A stretch of 64,000 nt of DNA, from IMG/VR virus record IMGVR_UViG_3300037485_001992, positions 2,885 to 66,884 of that record. One strand, given 5' to 3'. This document shows, piece by piece, positions 8,117-16,974 of this stretch. The stretch is from a virus. The notes under the pieces are model-generated. The model was given only the letters and a program-made list of their open reading frames with translations, was not told the origin of the DNA and searched no databases. The position numbers and the translations under genes are program-made. The first letter of the stretch is position 1. The number at the start of each line of letters is the position of its first letter.

Positions 8117-8557
8117 TCATTCCGCCTTCTTCAACCACTGTGCCTTGTTGCGGATGGCGTTTTCAGAAACACGGTTGATGTTCTCTGGCGCCATCCCGTT
8201 ACACTTGCATTGGCTGCTGAAGAAGAAGAGCTTCCCCTTCATGTAAAAGTCATACGATTTTCCGCAGCGTGGGCAAGTGCGATAACGGTAGCGTTGGCCC
8301 TTCTTCATCCACCAAATGATGGCATCAACCGCGTCTTCTGGTGGGACCTCGACAGGAGGCGTTGGTTCTGGGAGTCCAGCCTCGAGATTCTTGAGAGGCT
8401 TCCGCCCGTACCACGTCTCGCGTCCATTCACGGCCTGGTCAAACATCTCAAGACACCCAGAGAGGAAATTCGAAAGGATGAAGTCTGGGGTGTTGGAACC
8501 GTTCTCTTTTGAGTGTCGGTTGAGGAGTGTCTCGACGTCTTTCCTGAATTCATCCAT
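8117..8557 (-). CDS. Hypothetical phage protein with C-terminal zinc ribbon
   Basis: LLNRHSKENGSNTPDFIL motif (recalled as common in phages) plus CPRC...CKC. Confidence 0.7.
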   Translation of the reverse strand: MDEFRKDVETLLNRHSKENGSNTPDFILSNFLSGCLEMFDQAVNGRETWYGRKPLKNLEAGLPEPTPPVEVPPEDAVDAIIWWMKKGQRYRYRTCPRCGKSYDFYMKGKLFFFSSQCKCNGMAPENINRVSENAIRNKAQWLKKAE

Positions 8558-8558
8558 G

Positions 8559-8981
8559 TTACCTGCCAGCCCTTCTGAGATCCATCTCCAAATTGAAATG
8601 GGTCTTGTACTGCTGCAAGTCTGCAATCATCTCTTGCAGTGTCTCGATTGTCTTCTCTGCAGTTGCAAGCTTCTCAGCCATGCGGTTTGAGACCTCGTTG
8701 AAGAGAGGCATCTTCTCAAACGCCGTGGCGAGAGACTCCTTCACCACCCCGACAATCTCCAAGGGATTGCTCTTTCCCAGCAACGCAGCATCGAGGGAAG
8801 ACCGACTGATTTCGAGGGTGACTGGGAACGTGATTTCGAGAGTGACTCGCTTCGTGTAGCGGTCAGGAAGAGTGTCAACCGTCATCTGCGAGTTGGCAAA
8901 TGGGACGCCAAGCATCTGGCTAATGATAACAACAACTGCGTCGTCAATCTTGTTTGGTGTTGTGAATTTCAAGCTACTCAT
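8559..8981 (-). CDS. Hypothetical protein
   Basis: Tightly packed ORF with coiled-coil C-terminus. Confidence 0.6.
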   Translation of the reverse strand: MSSLKFTTPNKIDDAVVVIISQMLGVPFANSQMTVDTLPDRYTKRVTLEITFPVTLEISRSSLDAALLGKSNPLEIVGVVKESLATAFEKMPLFNEVSNRMAEKLATAEKTIETLQEMIADLQQYKTHFNLEMDLRRAGR

Positions 8982-9564
8982 ACGGCACCACCACGATAGG
9001 TGCAGTAGTGGTTCTGAATGCAAGTTCCGCCGCCCCTTCAATATTCCCACTCTTCAACCAAGCTACAATATGGTGAAGCTCATTGTGGCGATTCGCTGCG
9101 TCAGTATACCTCTTGTAAAAGTCCATCTTCTCTTGGAGGAGTCTCTCAATAACCTTCTTTTGCTCCTTCATGCAGGTCAAGTAGTTCTCAATCTTCCCCG
9201 ATGCAATCTCACACGTCTTCCGTGCCTCTTCGCAATTCTCTCCCATCCCCTTCAGAGTCTTTTCCTGGACAGACATCTTGAACTCTGCTGCGTTCAACTT
9301 CTTCTCAGCCGCCTCACGCTTCTTCTTCTCAGCCGCCTCACGCTTCTTCTTCTTCTCTTCGTCATACAGAGACTGCAGCGCAGTGAGGGATTCTGATGGG
9401 GAGAGTTGAAACACGGGTGGCTCATACTTCTTGATTGAGAGGTCCAAATACTCCTTTGCCATGTTGTCTATCTGTCCCTGGAACCCACGTATCCTGGCCC
9501 AAAGACTCTTCACTTCTCGTTCATGTTCGATTTGCAACTGAAGGTTTATGTCGTCAAAGTTCAT
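8974..9564 (-). CDS. Coiled-coil hypothetical protein
   Basis: ATGA-coupled ORF with KKKREAAE repeat. Confidence 0.65.
   Translation of the reverse strand: MNFDDINLQLQIEHEREVKSLWARIRGFQGQIDNMAKEYLDLSIKKYEPPVFQLSPSESLTALQSLYDEEKKKKREAAEKKKREAAEKKLNAAEFKMSVQEKTLKGMGENCEEARKTCEIASGKIENYLTCMKEQKKVIERLLQEKMDFYKRYTDAANRHNELHHIVAWLKSGNIEGAAELAFRTTTAPIVVVPYE
9301..9348. repeat. 24-bp tandem repeat x2, coding
   Basis: cttctcagccgcctcacgcttctt twice. Confidence 0.9.
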
Positions 9565-9800
9565 GGCATCGCCTCCCTAACTTCCATCTCAAACTCCACG
9601 AAGGGGTTGGCCCCTTCTCCCCAAACGTTGTTCACAGGAGCCCACTTCGCGCACCACTCACCCTCTGCAATCTTTGGGAAGTGGCTGACAGATTCGTAAG
9701 GGTCGTGAGGGATAGGAAACACCCTCGGGGACTCAGCCCTGCATTCTGTGTATTGCTTGTGCCACCACTGGCAGTTTCCGCACTTTAGCTTTTCGTTCAT
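9561..9800 (-). CDS. Small Cys-rich hypothetical protein
   Basis: CGNCQWW...ECR...WCAKW; SD present. Confidence 0.65.
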   Translation of the reverse strand: MNEKLKCGNCQWWHKQYTECRAESPRVFPIPHDPYESVSHFPKIAEGEWCAKWAPVNNVWGEGANPFVEFEMEVREAMP

Positions 9801-9812
9801 AGTCTGTCCTTC

Positions 9813-10037
9813 CTATGGTTCTTCGTCAAAATAGTAAACTGCATTCCCCTTCGCGCCTCTGCGAAGAAGAGCAACGCGAATCCCTCGTCTCTTCAGTCGC
9901 CGTGCTCTCCTTCTGTCTGATGTGATGGCCTGGAAGCGCCCTTCCGCCACGAGAGAAAGATTGCCGTTGCACCTGAAGTAGTAGCCAAGGATTCCCACGT
10001 TTGTTCGTCGCGCGACACGCGCCTTCCTCCCCGTCAT
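9813..10037 (-). CDS. Basic hypothetical protein
   Basis: ATGA-coupled ORF. Confidence 0.55.
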   Translation of the reverse strand: MTGRKARVARRTNVGILGYYFRCNGNLSLVAEGRFQAITSDRRRARRLKRRGIRVALLRRGAKGNAVYYFDEEP

Positions 10038-10285
10038 ATCTGGCCCCAGTCTTCGCCCATGAACTTGCGAAACTCAACGCTGCACTCGTCGCAAAGTCTG
10101 ACACGCGGGTAGATTCTCTTGTTCTCTCCCGCTACCACAAACTCTTCAACGTTCCGCAGCGAGAAGCCCATCGTCGTTGTCTGGCGCACTGGGCTTCCTG
10201 GTATCTCTTCAATTCGCAGCGCCCCAAAGCAGCGGGTGCAGTTCGTTGTACGTCCATTGACGCGGTGCATTGGTGTGTTGCTCAT
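10034..10285 (-). CDS. Zn-finger-like hypothetical protein
   Basis: CTRC...LCDEC; ATGA-coupled. Confidence 0.6.
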   Translation of the reverse strand: MSNTPMHRVNGRTTNCTRCFGALRIEEIPGSPVRQTTTMGFSLRNVEEFVVAGENKRIYPRVRLCDECSVEFRKFMGEDWGQI

Positions 10286-10476
10286 TTGCAATCCTTTACA
10301 CTTTCACAAGGTACCGTCGTCACTTCTCTGACTCTTACCACCCAGCAAATGTTTCGTTTCACATCTTTCTCAACCTTGAAACTCTCACAGAAGCCGGTGC
10401 TCCCGCCTTCCTCCCTCATACAAGATACCAGCAGAAGTCCTGCTATAAGTGCTCCATATCTCACCCTAGTTCTCAT
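10282..10476 (-). CDS. Small predicted lipoprotein
   Basis: MRTRVRYGALIAGLLLVS|C: basic N-region, hydrophobic core and lipobox; ATGA-coupled. Confidence 0.6.
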   Translation of the reverse strand: MRTRVRYGALIAGLLLVSCMREEGGSTGFCESFKVEKDVKRNICWVVRVREVTTVPCESVKDCK

Positions 10477-10727
10477 CTTTCCCTCCACTCTACTCTCTTT
10501 GGTCCTTGGCAAGCATCTAGCACATCAAGAATCATCTGTGCAATCACCCTCGCTGCATCATCATTCACGCACAAGACTTGTTGGAAGGGTCCATCCTCAT
10601 AAGCAAGGTACGCAGTGATGACGTCTGCCGTCGTTTGCAGCTCGACTCTCACCCGCTGCGTCTCGTCGCCACGGACTGCATTCGGGTCATAGAATGGTTT
10701 CGATTCTCTCACCCACGTTGCCATCAA
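10473..10727 (-). CDS. Hypothetical protein
   Basis: Coupled ORF with GAGGAGG SD. Confidence 0.6.
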   Translation of the reverse strand: MMATWVRESKPFYDPNAVRGDETQRVRVELQTTADVITAYLAYEDGPFQQVLCVNDDAARVIAQMILDVLDACQGPKRVEWRER

Positions 10728-11080
10728 TCCTCCTCATCGAAAGAGCAACTCATCGCGTATTCGTAACCTTCCCAGTTGTCCACCCCACACGCGTGGAGCA
10801 CGTCAAGCTTGTCAGCTTTCTTCGTCGCCCGCATGAGCGCCACTTCGAGTTCGTCTCGTTCCTTGCGAAGTGCGCTCAACGCTCGGTACAAGTCCAAAGC
10901 GTCATACGTCATCGCGTTGTGTGTCTGTTCTTCTCTGTACATGAGTGGTCTGCCAAGGCAGATTGGGCACCAGTGGTCATAGACGTTCGCCTGACCCACC
11001 GTGCCGGAGTACACCCAATCGCAAATCGTGTTGCACTCCCCGCAGTACCTGTCAGGCAAAACGTAGTTTCCTCGTTTCAC
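10724..11080 (-). CDS. Hypothetical phage protein
   Basis: CGEC/CPIC plus C-terminal LHACGVDNWEGYEYA motif, recalled as common in phages. Confidence 0.7.
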   Translation of the reverse strand: MKRGNYVLPDRYCGECNTICDWVYSGTVGQANVYDHWCPICLGRPLMYREEQTHNAMTYDALDLYRALSALRKERDELEVALMRATKKADKLDVLHACGVDNWEGYEYAMSCSFDEED

Positions 11081-11403
11081 TAGCCCTCCTTCTCAATGTT
11101 TCGGTACGGGCAATCGAGACGGCGTCCCATCTCAGGGATTTTTGCATCTTCCATGCAGCCATCCTCCCAACGAAACATGCACTCGTCGCGCTCAACGTCT
11201 CGACAAAGGCACGCTTCTTCATTGCTGCGAGTGAAGCTGCACTGCTTGCCAAACACTCTCTTGAGGAGTGCTCTTGCCTCGTCACGTTCTTCCTGCAACT
11301 TATTTACGTCTTCAAACGGTACCCAGGCTCCTTCAACGTGCTCGTCCATCTGCTGCCAACCGAATCCTCTTCCGCCGTGACTGGTCAGATTGTATCTATT
11401 CAT
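11080..11403 (-). CDS. Hypothetical protein
   Basis: ATG 11403 with GGAGG SD; Cys-rich C-terminus. Confidence 0.6.
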   Translation of the reverse strand: MNRYNLTSHGGRGFGWQQMDEHVEGAWVPFEDVNKLQEERDEARALLKRVFGKQCSFTRSNEEACLCRDVERDECMFRWEDGCMEDAKIPEMGRRLDCPYRNIEKEG

Positions 11404-11514
11404 TCCTCCATCCTCCTCTTGCACTCTTTGAGCCATCTCTTCCTCTGCAGCTTCTTGAGCCACCCCTTGCGCCGTGGCCTCTTAAACGCCCCGTCGTAAC
11501 AGGATTCCATCCAC

Positions 11515-11832
11515 TCACTCTTCCACCTGCGTGGGACGTGTGAGAACCTCATCGCTCCCCTCAAATATTGTGAATGGGCAGTCATCCCTTCGCTTCTCGT
11601 TCATGCTTTCCTCTCCGAGAAGGTTGCAAATAAAGTCTGTCGCTTCGAACCCACACTCTGCACACCCACGAGGGTAGGCCAATGTTCGTTTCGGGTATTG
11701 AATGATAAGTTTCGCAGCTTCCAGACGACGCTTCAAAATAGCGTTCTCTGCTTCTGCGTTCTCTGCGCGCTTCATCCACTCACCTAGAATCACGGCTCGG
11801 CTCTCGCCGTCATATGCCATCGGGTTAGTCAT
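11515..11832 (-). CDS. Hypothetical protein
   Basis: ATGA-coupled; PRGCAEC...DDCPF motif. Confidence 0.65.
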   Translation of the reverse strand: MTNPMAYDGESRAVILGEWMKRAENAEAENAILKRRLEAAKLIIQYPKRTLAYPRGCAECGFEATDFICNLLGEESMNEKRRDDCPFTIFEGSDEVLTRPTQVEE

Positions 11833-12089
11833 TCCTTCACCTCTTCCAACACACCAAACCCACGAAGCGACGGCCCCTTCTCGTCCTCAGTGTCAATCAC
11901 CAGCGACTCCAACTCAAACTTGACGTTGTTTTTCGGAAGGCCCAAATCTTCAGCGAAGATGGATTGCTGCTTCAATGATTCCTCTGCTGACGATTGGTGC
12001 TTGAAGTAGCGAACAACTTCGCTCAAAAGTCCGCTGCGCCCATCCTTGTTTATCACCTTAACTTTTGTAACCCAGAACGTATATTTCAT
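11829..12089 (-). CDS. Hypothetical protein
   Basis: ATGA-coupled to the polymerase stop. Confidence 0.6.
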   Translation of the reverse strand: MKYTFWVTKVKVINKDGRSGLLSEVVRYFKHQSSAEESLKQQSIFAEDLGLPKNNVKFELESLVIDTEDEKGPSLRGFGVLEEVKE

Positions 12090-14155
12090 AGAACGAACTC
12101 CTCTTCCCTCAGGTACGGTCGTAACATCTCATACTCTTTCACTGCTCTCTCATCAATGTAGATTTCCTGTGTCGCTACATGATTCCCTCCGGGTGTGATT
12201 ACTTTTCCATCTTGCACGAGTCCCGTTCCCCAGCAGTAGACGTCTTGGCGAATATCGACCATCACCCCCATGTTCCGCATATACGGGTCCATGTAGAAGT
12301 GGAATGCTTCGTTCATCACGCGAGCAAGCAAGTCGACTGACACCCAATCATTCAACTCCTCCTCAACGTAGATGGCATCGTGCAGCGTCATGATGGGTGT
12401 GAGCCCTTCGTCCTGGGCCAATGCGATGCTCTTTCGCATGATGCTCCCACCCACGCCTTGCACTGGCATGTTCCCCACGGAGCGGAAATTCTGGTTATCA
12501 GCAAGCATCCTCCACCCACACGGGAGACGAATCGTTCCCGACTGACGATACTCGCGTTGCACCGTTTCTTTCCACTCTGCGAAGTCACAGTAGGTCTCAT
12601 AAAAGAGGTCGATAAGTACCTGCGCTTCTTCCTCAGTACAAGCTTGCTTCGTGTCGTTCACAATCTTTTGTGACAGACCACGCGCCGTCATATCGTAAGA
12701 GATAGCGAGGACTGTCGCCTTGTACCTTTCACGTATGTCTTTGTGCGTGTGCTTCGTCGCTCCCTTCGGTGCTGCGCGAGATTGGATTGCGAACGCCATA
12801 TAGACGTCGCCTGACATGTAAGCTTCGAGCATCTTCTTGTCGCCAGAGAGAAGCGCAGAAAGAAGGAACTCTTCGCTTCCATAGTCGCTACCCACAATCA
12901 TCTTGCCGACTGGTGGGTGCACGAGACCCCTGAGCGCGGCGGATTTGAGGAAGACATAGCCCGTGGCAGATGGTTGGGAGCGGCTGCTCTGGGCGCCGTA
13001 GATTCCAAAGTATGGGCGCGCCCTTCCATCTTTTCCGAGGTAATCATAGAAGCTCTTCTTCGAAGTTTCCTTGAGCGGGCGGAAGCCATTGATGGACTGA
13101 TTGAAGCGCGAGAACCTCAATAGCTGATCCACCGGGTCGTCTCTAAATTCGTGTCGCGAACCACTCACCTTTGAGAGCGTCTCTTCGTCGAGGCATGGGG
13201 CTTTCGTGGGTGTGCGCTTCGGCCATCGCTTCCCGTATTTCTGGTCGACCCAATCCCCGATGAGCTTGACGTTTCGCGTGAAGGACTTTGTCTTTCTGTC
13301 CCAGGAGAACATCTTGAATCCAAGTTCTCGCTCAGTTCGTTTAATAATATCCCTCTGCAACGCTTGCAGTAGAGAAGGAATGTTAGCTGTAAGCGCCCGC
13401 AGCGCAGGCACGTCAACCGGGTAGCCGACTCCGACCATGCGAGCCGTGCGAGCAGCGTACTCTGCGCGACGATACTGCTCCCTGACCAACTCTTGTTCGT
13501 CCACCTCGTCTTCATGACTCGACAAATAATCCACCCAGTACGACCACATCTCAGAGTGAAGCGGTGCAAGGTGCTCAACGTCTGACGCGCAGTATTCCAT
13601 GATGCGCTTCTTCTCATCCTCATTGAATGGTCCTCCCCTGATGATGCGCCCGCGCACCTCATGTTTTTCCTGCGTGTCGACAATCTTCCCAAGCATCTTG
13701 AATGCCGCCGCCGCGTAGTTCATCTCCGCTTGCGAATAGTCTTCCGATGAATCCTTCTCTTCTCGCCACCTGGGAGGTACATCTGTAACGCGTACCTTTC
13801 CCTTGATGAGCTGCTTCCCGTATTCCAGTTCGTGGTTGTGGTTGAGCAGCTGCCGGTATTCAAGATAGAGGTCGACGGCCTTCCACGGCACACTATCGAA
13901 ACCAAGCGCCAGGAGCGCCCTAGACTCTGCTTCCCACGAGTAGGAGCTGAACACATAGCCTGACCTCGCCCAGACGTCTACGAACGCCTTAAACTGCCGC
14001 AGCGATGGTCCTCCGTCATAGAGCCATTGTGACATGACGGCGTGACGCTTTCCCCCATCCACCACCTGCCATGATACGCATACAGGTGTAACGTTCTCTT
14101 CTTCTGTGTTGCAGTATTCGAAGTCAAGATACACGAGTTTCTTCTGTGGTACCAT
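12086..14155 (-). CDS. polA: Family-A DNA polymerase with 3'-5' exonuclease domain
   Basis: ExoI LDFEY, ExoIII YCASDV, motif A SDYGSEE, motif B RERYKATVLAISY, NMPVQG, motif C LHDAI. Confidence 0.95.
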   Translation of the reverse strand: MVPQKKLVYLDFEYCNTEEENVTPVCVSWQVVDGGKRHAVMSQWLYDGGPSLRQFKAFVDVWARSGYVFSSYSWEAESRALLALGFDSVPWKAVDLYLEYRQLLNHNHELEYGKQLIKGKVRVTDVPPRWREEKDSSEDYSQAEMNYAAAAFKMLGKIVDTQEKHEVRGRIIRGGPFNEDEKKRIMEYCASDVEHLAPLHSEMWSYWVDYLSSHEDEVDEQELVREQYRRAEYAARTARMVGVGYPVDVPALRALTANIPSLLQALQRDIIKRTERELGFKMFSWDRKTKSFTRNVKLIGDWVDQKYGKRWPKRTPTKAPCLDEETLSKVSGSRHEFRDDPVDQLLRFSRFNQSINGFRPLKETSKKSFYDYLGKDGRARPYFGIYGAQSSRSQPSATGYVFLKSAALRGLVHPPVGKMIVGSDYGSEEFLLSALLSGDKKMLEAYMSGDVYMAFAIQSRAAPKGATKHTHKDIRERYKATVLAISYDMTARGLSQKIVNDTKQACTEEEAQVLIDLFYETYCDFAEWKETVQREYRQSGTIRLPCGWRMLADNQNFRSVGNMPVQGVGGSIMRKSIALAQDEGLTPIMTLHDAIYVEEELNDWVSVDLLARVMNEAFHFYMDPYMRNMGVMVDIRQDVYCWGTGLVQDGKVITPGGNHVATQEIYIDERAVKEYEMLRPYLREEEFVL

Positions 14156-14164
14156 GGTTTCCTC

Positions 14165-14380
14165 TTACAGTATTGGGAGATAGACTTTTTCGAAATACCA
14201 ACGGGCGACAGCCACCATCCACCCGGCGTTGGGTGGAGATGGCGGGGCGAGATAAACAGAATGTTCATTGAGCATGGCGATGCGCCACTCGCGTTTCTCG
14301 TAGATGATGTGATCGCCAAGAGCGAGGGTCACAAGCTCTTCCCCATCCTCTCCATGCCAGGCCCACCAGCTTCTATCCAA
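14165..14380 (-). CDS. Hypothetical protein
   Basis: Fills the gap in the operon; start uncertain. Confidence 0.5.
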   Translation of the reverse strand: MDRSWWAWHGEDGEELVTLALGDHIIYEKREWRIAMLNEHSVYLAPPSPPNAGWMVAVARWYFEKVYLPIL

Positions 14381-14589
14381 GAGTTGTACATGTCAGTGAA
14401 AGAGACTCCCCGGTGCTCTGGCTTGGAGAACCAACCGATTAGCGCAGGGACCTTTGAAAACTGGTTATTGCGCTCTCCCTCTCTGAAGATGGCTCGAAGC
14501 TCCTCAATAGTACCCTCGTTCTCTCTTCCCTTGTCAGCGAAAGTATAAAACAACCGAAAAAATGTTTCCCAGAACTCTTCGCGCGTCAT
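14329..14589 (-). CDS. Hypothetical protein, weakly similar to its upstream neighbour
   Basis: ATGA-coupled; LIGWFSKPEHRGVSFTDMY resembles LLTWLNKPDNWGVAVSEMY in 14586..15050. Confidence 0.65.
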   Translation of the reverse strand: MTREEFWETFFRLFYTFADKGRENEGTIEELRAIFREGERNNQFSKVPALIGWFSKPEHRGVSFTDMYNSWIEAGGPGMERMGKSL

Positions 14590-15050
14590 AAAATGAACTC
14601 CTCTTCATCATCGTCTGCAGGAAGGCTATCTGCAAATCGCTTCCGTTTCAGGATTGGGTCTTCCTCAGGCTGTTCCTTCGGAGTGTCTGGCTCCCCACCT
14701 GTCCGAAGATCAGCCCCAGCTTCAGCCAGACTTTTACCTCTGCTTGCCTTTGCAGCTCTCTCCTCTTCCTCAATAAATCGTCGATACATCTCAGAGACTG
14801 CGACTCCCCAATTATCCGGCTTATTAAGCCATGTCAGTAACTCCTGCTCCCTGACAGGGTTGTGGTATCCGAGATTCAGATCCGTAGCCAGTCTATGGAC
14901 CCAACCCAGATGGGAAATCCCTCGCTCCGAGAAAATCTCGAAATGACTCAAGAATACTAGCCACTCTCTCACGCTTGGGTGGTAGGCATTCTTGACGTAC
15001 TTCTTATCGTAAAAATCCTTCTCACCAACGCCCCTGTCATCAACTTTCAC
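14586..15050 (-). CDS. Hypothetical protein carrying a copy of the SSB C-terminal tail
   Basis: Ends KRKRFADSLPADDDEEEFIL. Confidence 0.75.
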   Translation of the reverse strand: MKVDDRGVGEKDFYDKKYVKNAYHPSVREWLVFLSHFEIFSERGISHLGWVHRLATDLNLGYHNPVREQELLTWLNKPDNWGVAVSEMYRRFIEEEERAAKASRGKSLAEAGADLRTGGEPDTPKEQPEEDPILKRKRFADSLPADDDEEEFIL

Positions 15051-16714
15051 AACACAAACCCCTCTTCTTCCTCTTCAATTGACGCTTCAGTCAACTCATT
15101 ATCTCGACCCTTCCAGCGAACCCCGTGAAATACTCTGGCCCCGAAATCCCCAGACTTCATACACCCCGTCTTGTTTTTCGTGTCAGTTCCCACCATACCC
15201 TTTATCAAGTTGTCAAAAGTTTGAAGAACTGTTTCTTTCTCCCGTACCAACGTTGTGCGACTGTCGGGAGAGTTCCTCATCGCGCGCTGGTAGTGCGGGC
15301 GAAACCACTTCCACAAATCTTCTTCGTACACCTTTGCGGTATTGTCCACGACTAAATTATTCTCTATGTAGGACCTAACTACGTTCCTGATTGGCTTGTC
15401 GCAACGGAGTTTGATATTGTCCCACATGGTTTCTGGCACTTTGATGTCTCGATACTTCCCGTCTTGCTTCTTGCACAGCTTCTCATGAACGACTCCACAA
15501 GCATGAAGAAAATGCCAGAACTCTTCCCGGTACCTGCTGATGACTTCAGAGTCTGCTTCCTCCTCATTGAAAGGCTGCACGACAAAATAGAGAAGACGAG
15601 TTCGCATTGCATTGTTTGTTGTGTCCACCTCAGGTGCAACATTCGAATGGGCCACGACACGAGCGAAGAGCTTCGCGGCGAAGCTACTGATAAACTTTAT
15701 TTCCATCTCCCCCATGTCACCGCCAGTCAATTGCTTGACCAGTTCCGAGCCGAGATAGTATTTGTTTGAGCAGTCGGGGGCCATGGCAAATCGTTTCAAG
15801 TAGCACTTGGCGGCGGTGAACTGATTGGCATACGACGTCTTCTGAAGGACGACGGCAATCTTTTGAAGGTGCTCATACACCACGTTCCAAAACGTCGATT
15901 GACCCGAGTGACCCAGTGACTGAGACCACACCATCTGTCTTCCGAAATCCTCTGGGTCGAAACATTTCCAGATGAAAGCCATCAACTGGTCTGGATGGTC
16001 GACCCTTGCGATAAACCTTTTCAGATGGGGCCAAGGACCGGGAACACACTTCGTCGAGTCGAACCTGACGAACGCATTCTCGTCCCATGCCATGAGAGGG
16101 AGAGAGCCAGACAGAATGCACTCCTCAACATCCTGGTCGATGAGAATCTTCTTGAAAGCCCAAAGCATGACGTCCCCAATCTCTGGGATAGCCACTCGCT
16201 TAGCTGCCATGTAAAGGGTGACGTTGTCCTCAATTATTTGCTGAACGTCTTTCCTCCACGCAGAATACTCGGCTGCATTCTGCTGCCGGATTATGCTGAT
16301 TATCTCTGCAAGTTGGATAGAGCTGGTGGGGAGGAATCCTACTTTGTACAGGTCGAGGGAGGTCTCGGTAAGGATGTAGGTTGAAAGCCTTCCGTCCCTT
16401 GTCAGGAGTCTCACATACTTTTTCAAGTATTGTATTGTTCGATTCGTTAGGCTCTGGTCCACGTTCCTGACGTTGGTCTTCACCTGGTTGTCCCCCGCCT
16501 TCGCCTCTTTCTTCTTCTTGTTCTTGACCGTATCTAACATTTCCTGAGACTCCGATTCTTTCTTAATCCCATAAACCTGACCTACTGCATATGCCGTCAC
16601 TTCCTCTTCCTTACTAGCAAACTCGTTGTCCGCTTTCCAGACAAGTTTGGTTCCAACCATTTCAGACAACTTATCCAATGGTTCGACTGGCTTCACAACC
16701 TCTGTTTTACCCAT
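15047..16714 (-). CDS. D5/P4-like SF3 helicase-domain replication protein
   Basis: SLGHSGQSTF, KRFAMAPD, LVKQLTGGD, HSNVAP, AMRTRL. Confidence 0.8.
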   Translation of the reverse strand: MGKTEVVKPVEPLDKLSEMVGTKLVWKADNEFASKEEEVTAYAVGQVYGIKKESESQEMLDTVKNKKKKEAKAGDNQVKTNVRNVDQSLTNRTIQYLKKYVRLLTRDGRLSTYILTETSLDLYKVGFLPTSSIQLAEIISIIRQQNAAEYSAWRKDVQQIIEDNVTLYMAAKRVAIPEIGDVMLWAFKKILIDQDVEECILSGSLPLMAWDENAFVRFDSTKCVPGPWPHLKRFIARVDHPDQLMAFIWKCFDPEDFGRQMVWSQSLGHSGQSTFWNVVYEHLQKIAVVLQKTSYANQFTAAKCYLKRFAMAPDCSNKYYLGSELVKQLTGGDMGEMEIKFISSFAAKLFARVVAHSNVAPEVDTTNNAMRTRLLYFVVQPFNEEEADSEVISRYREEFWHFLHACGVVHEKLCKKQDGKYRDIKVPETMWDNIKLRCDKPIRNVVRSYIENNLVVDNTAKVYEEDLWKWFRPHYQRAMRNSPDSRTTLVREKETVLQTFDNLIKGMVGTDTKNKTGCMKSGDFGARVFHGVRWKGRDNELTEASIEEEEEGFVL

Positions 16715-16749
16715 ATCTCCCTCAGATCCATAAGGAATGCACTGAAACG

Positions 16750-16792
16750 TCTTTACCGCACCTACCGACGACTTGTCAACTGCACGACAAGT
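16750..16792 (-). promoter_or_regulatory. Sigma70-like promoter of the replication operon, overlapped by an inverted repeat
   Basis: Minus strand TTGACA (16779-16774)-N18-TAAAGA; inverted repeat ACTTGTC-N8-GACAAGT at 16771-16792. Confidence 0.5.
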
Positions 16793-16920
16793 AGAAAAAG
16801 TTTTTATTTTTGTGGAGCGTATATAAGTTACTGAGTTTCTGGGGAGGGGTGAAATGTAAAAACCACACTTACTACTTTGAAAAGGGGCTTATATATTCCT
16901 TGTTTTTTTTTCCCTAAAAT
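16793..16920. other. AT-rich tract: candidate replication origin or divergent promoter region
   Basis: A/T runs and inverted TATATAAG (16820)/CTTATATA (16888) next to the helicase gene. Confidence 0.35.
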
Positions 16921-16974
16921 CGCGGGAGCCTAATAGAATGGGGGGGTCGAAAATCGTAAGAGTCAAAATGACAA

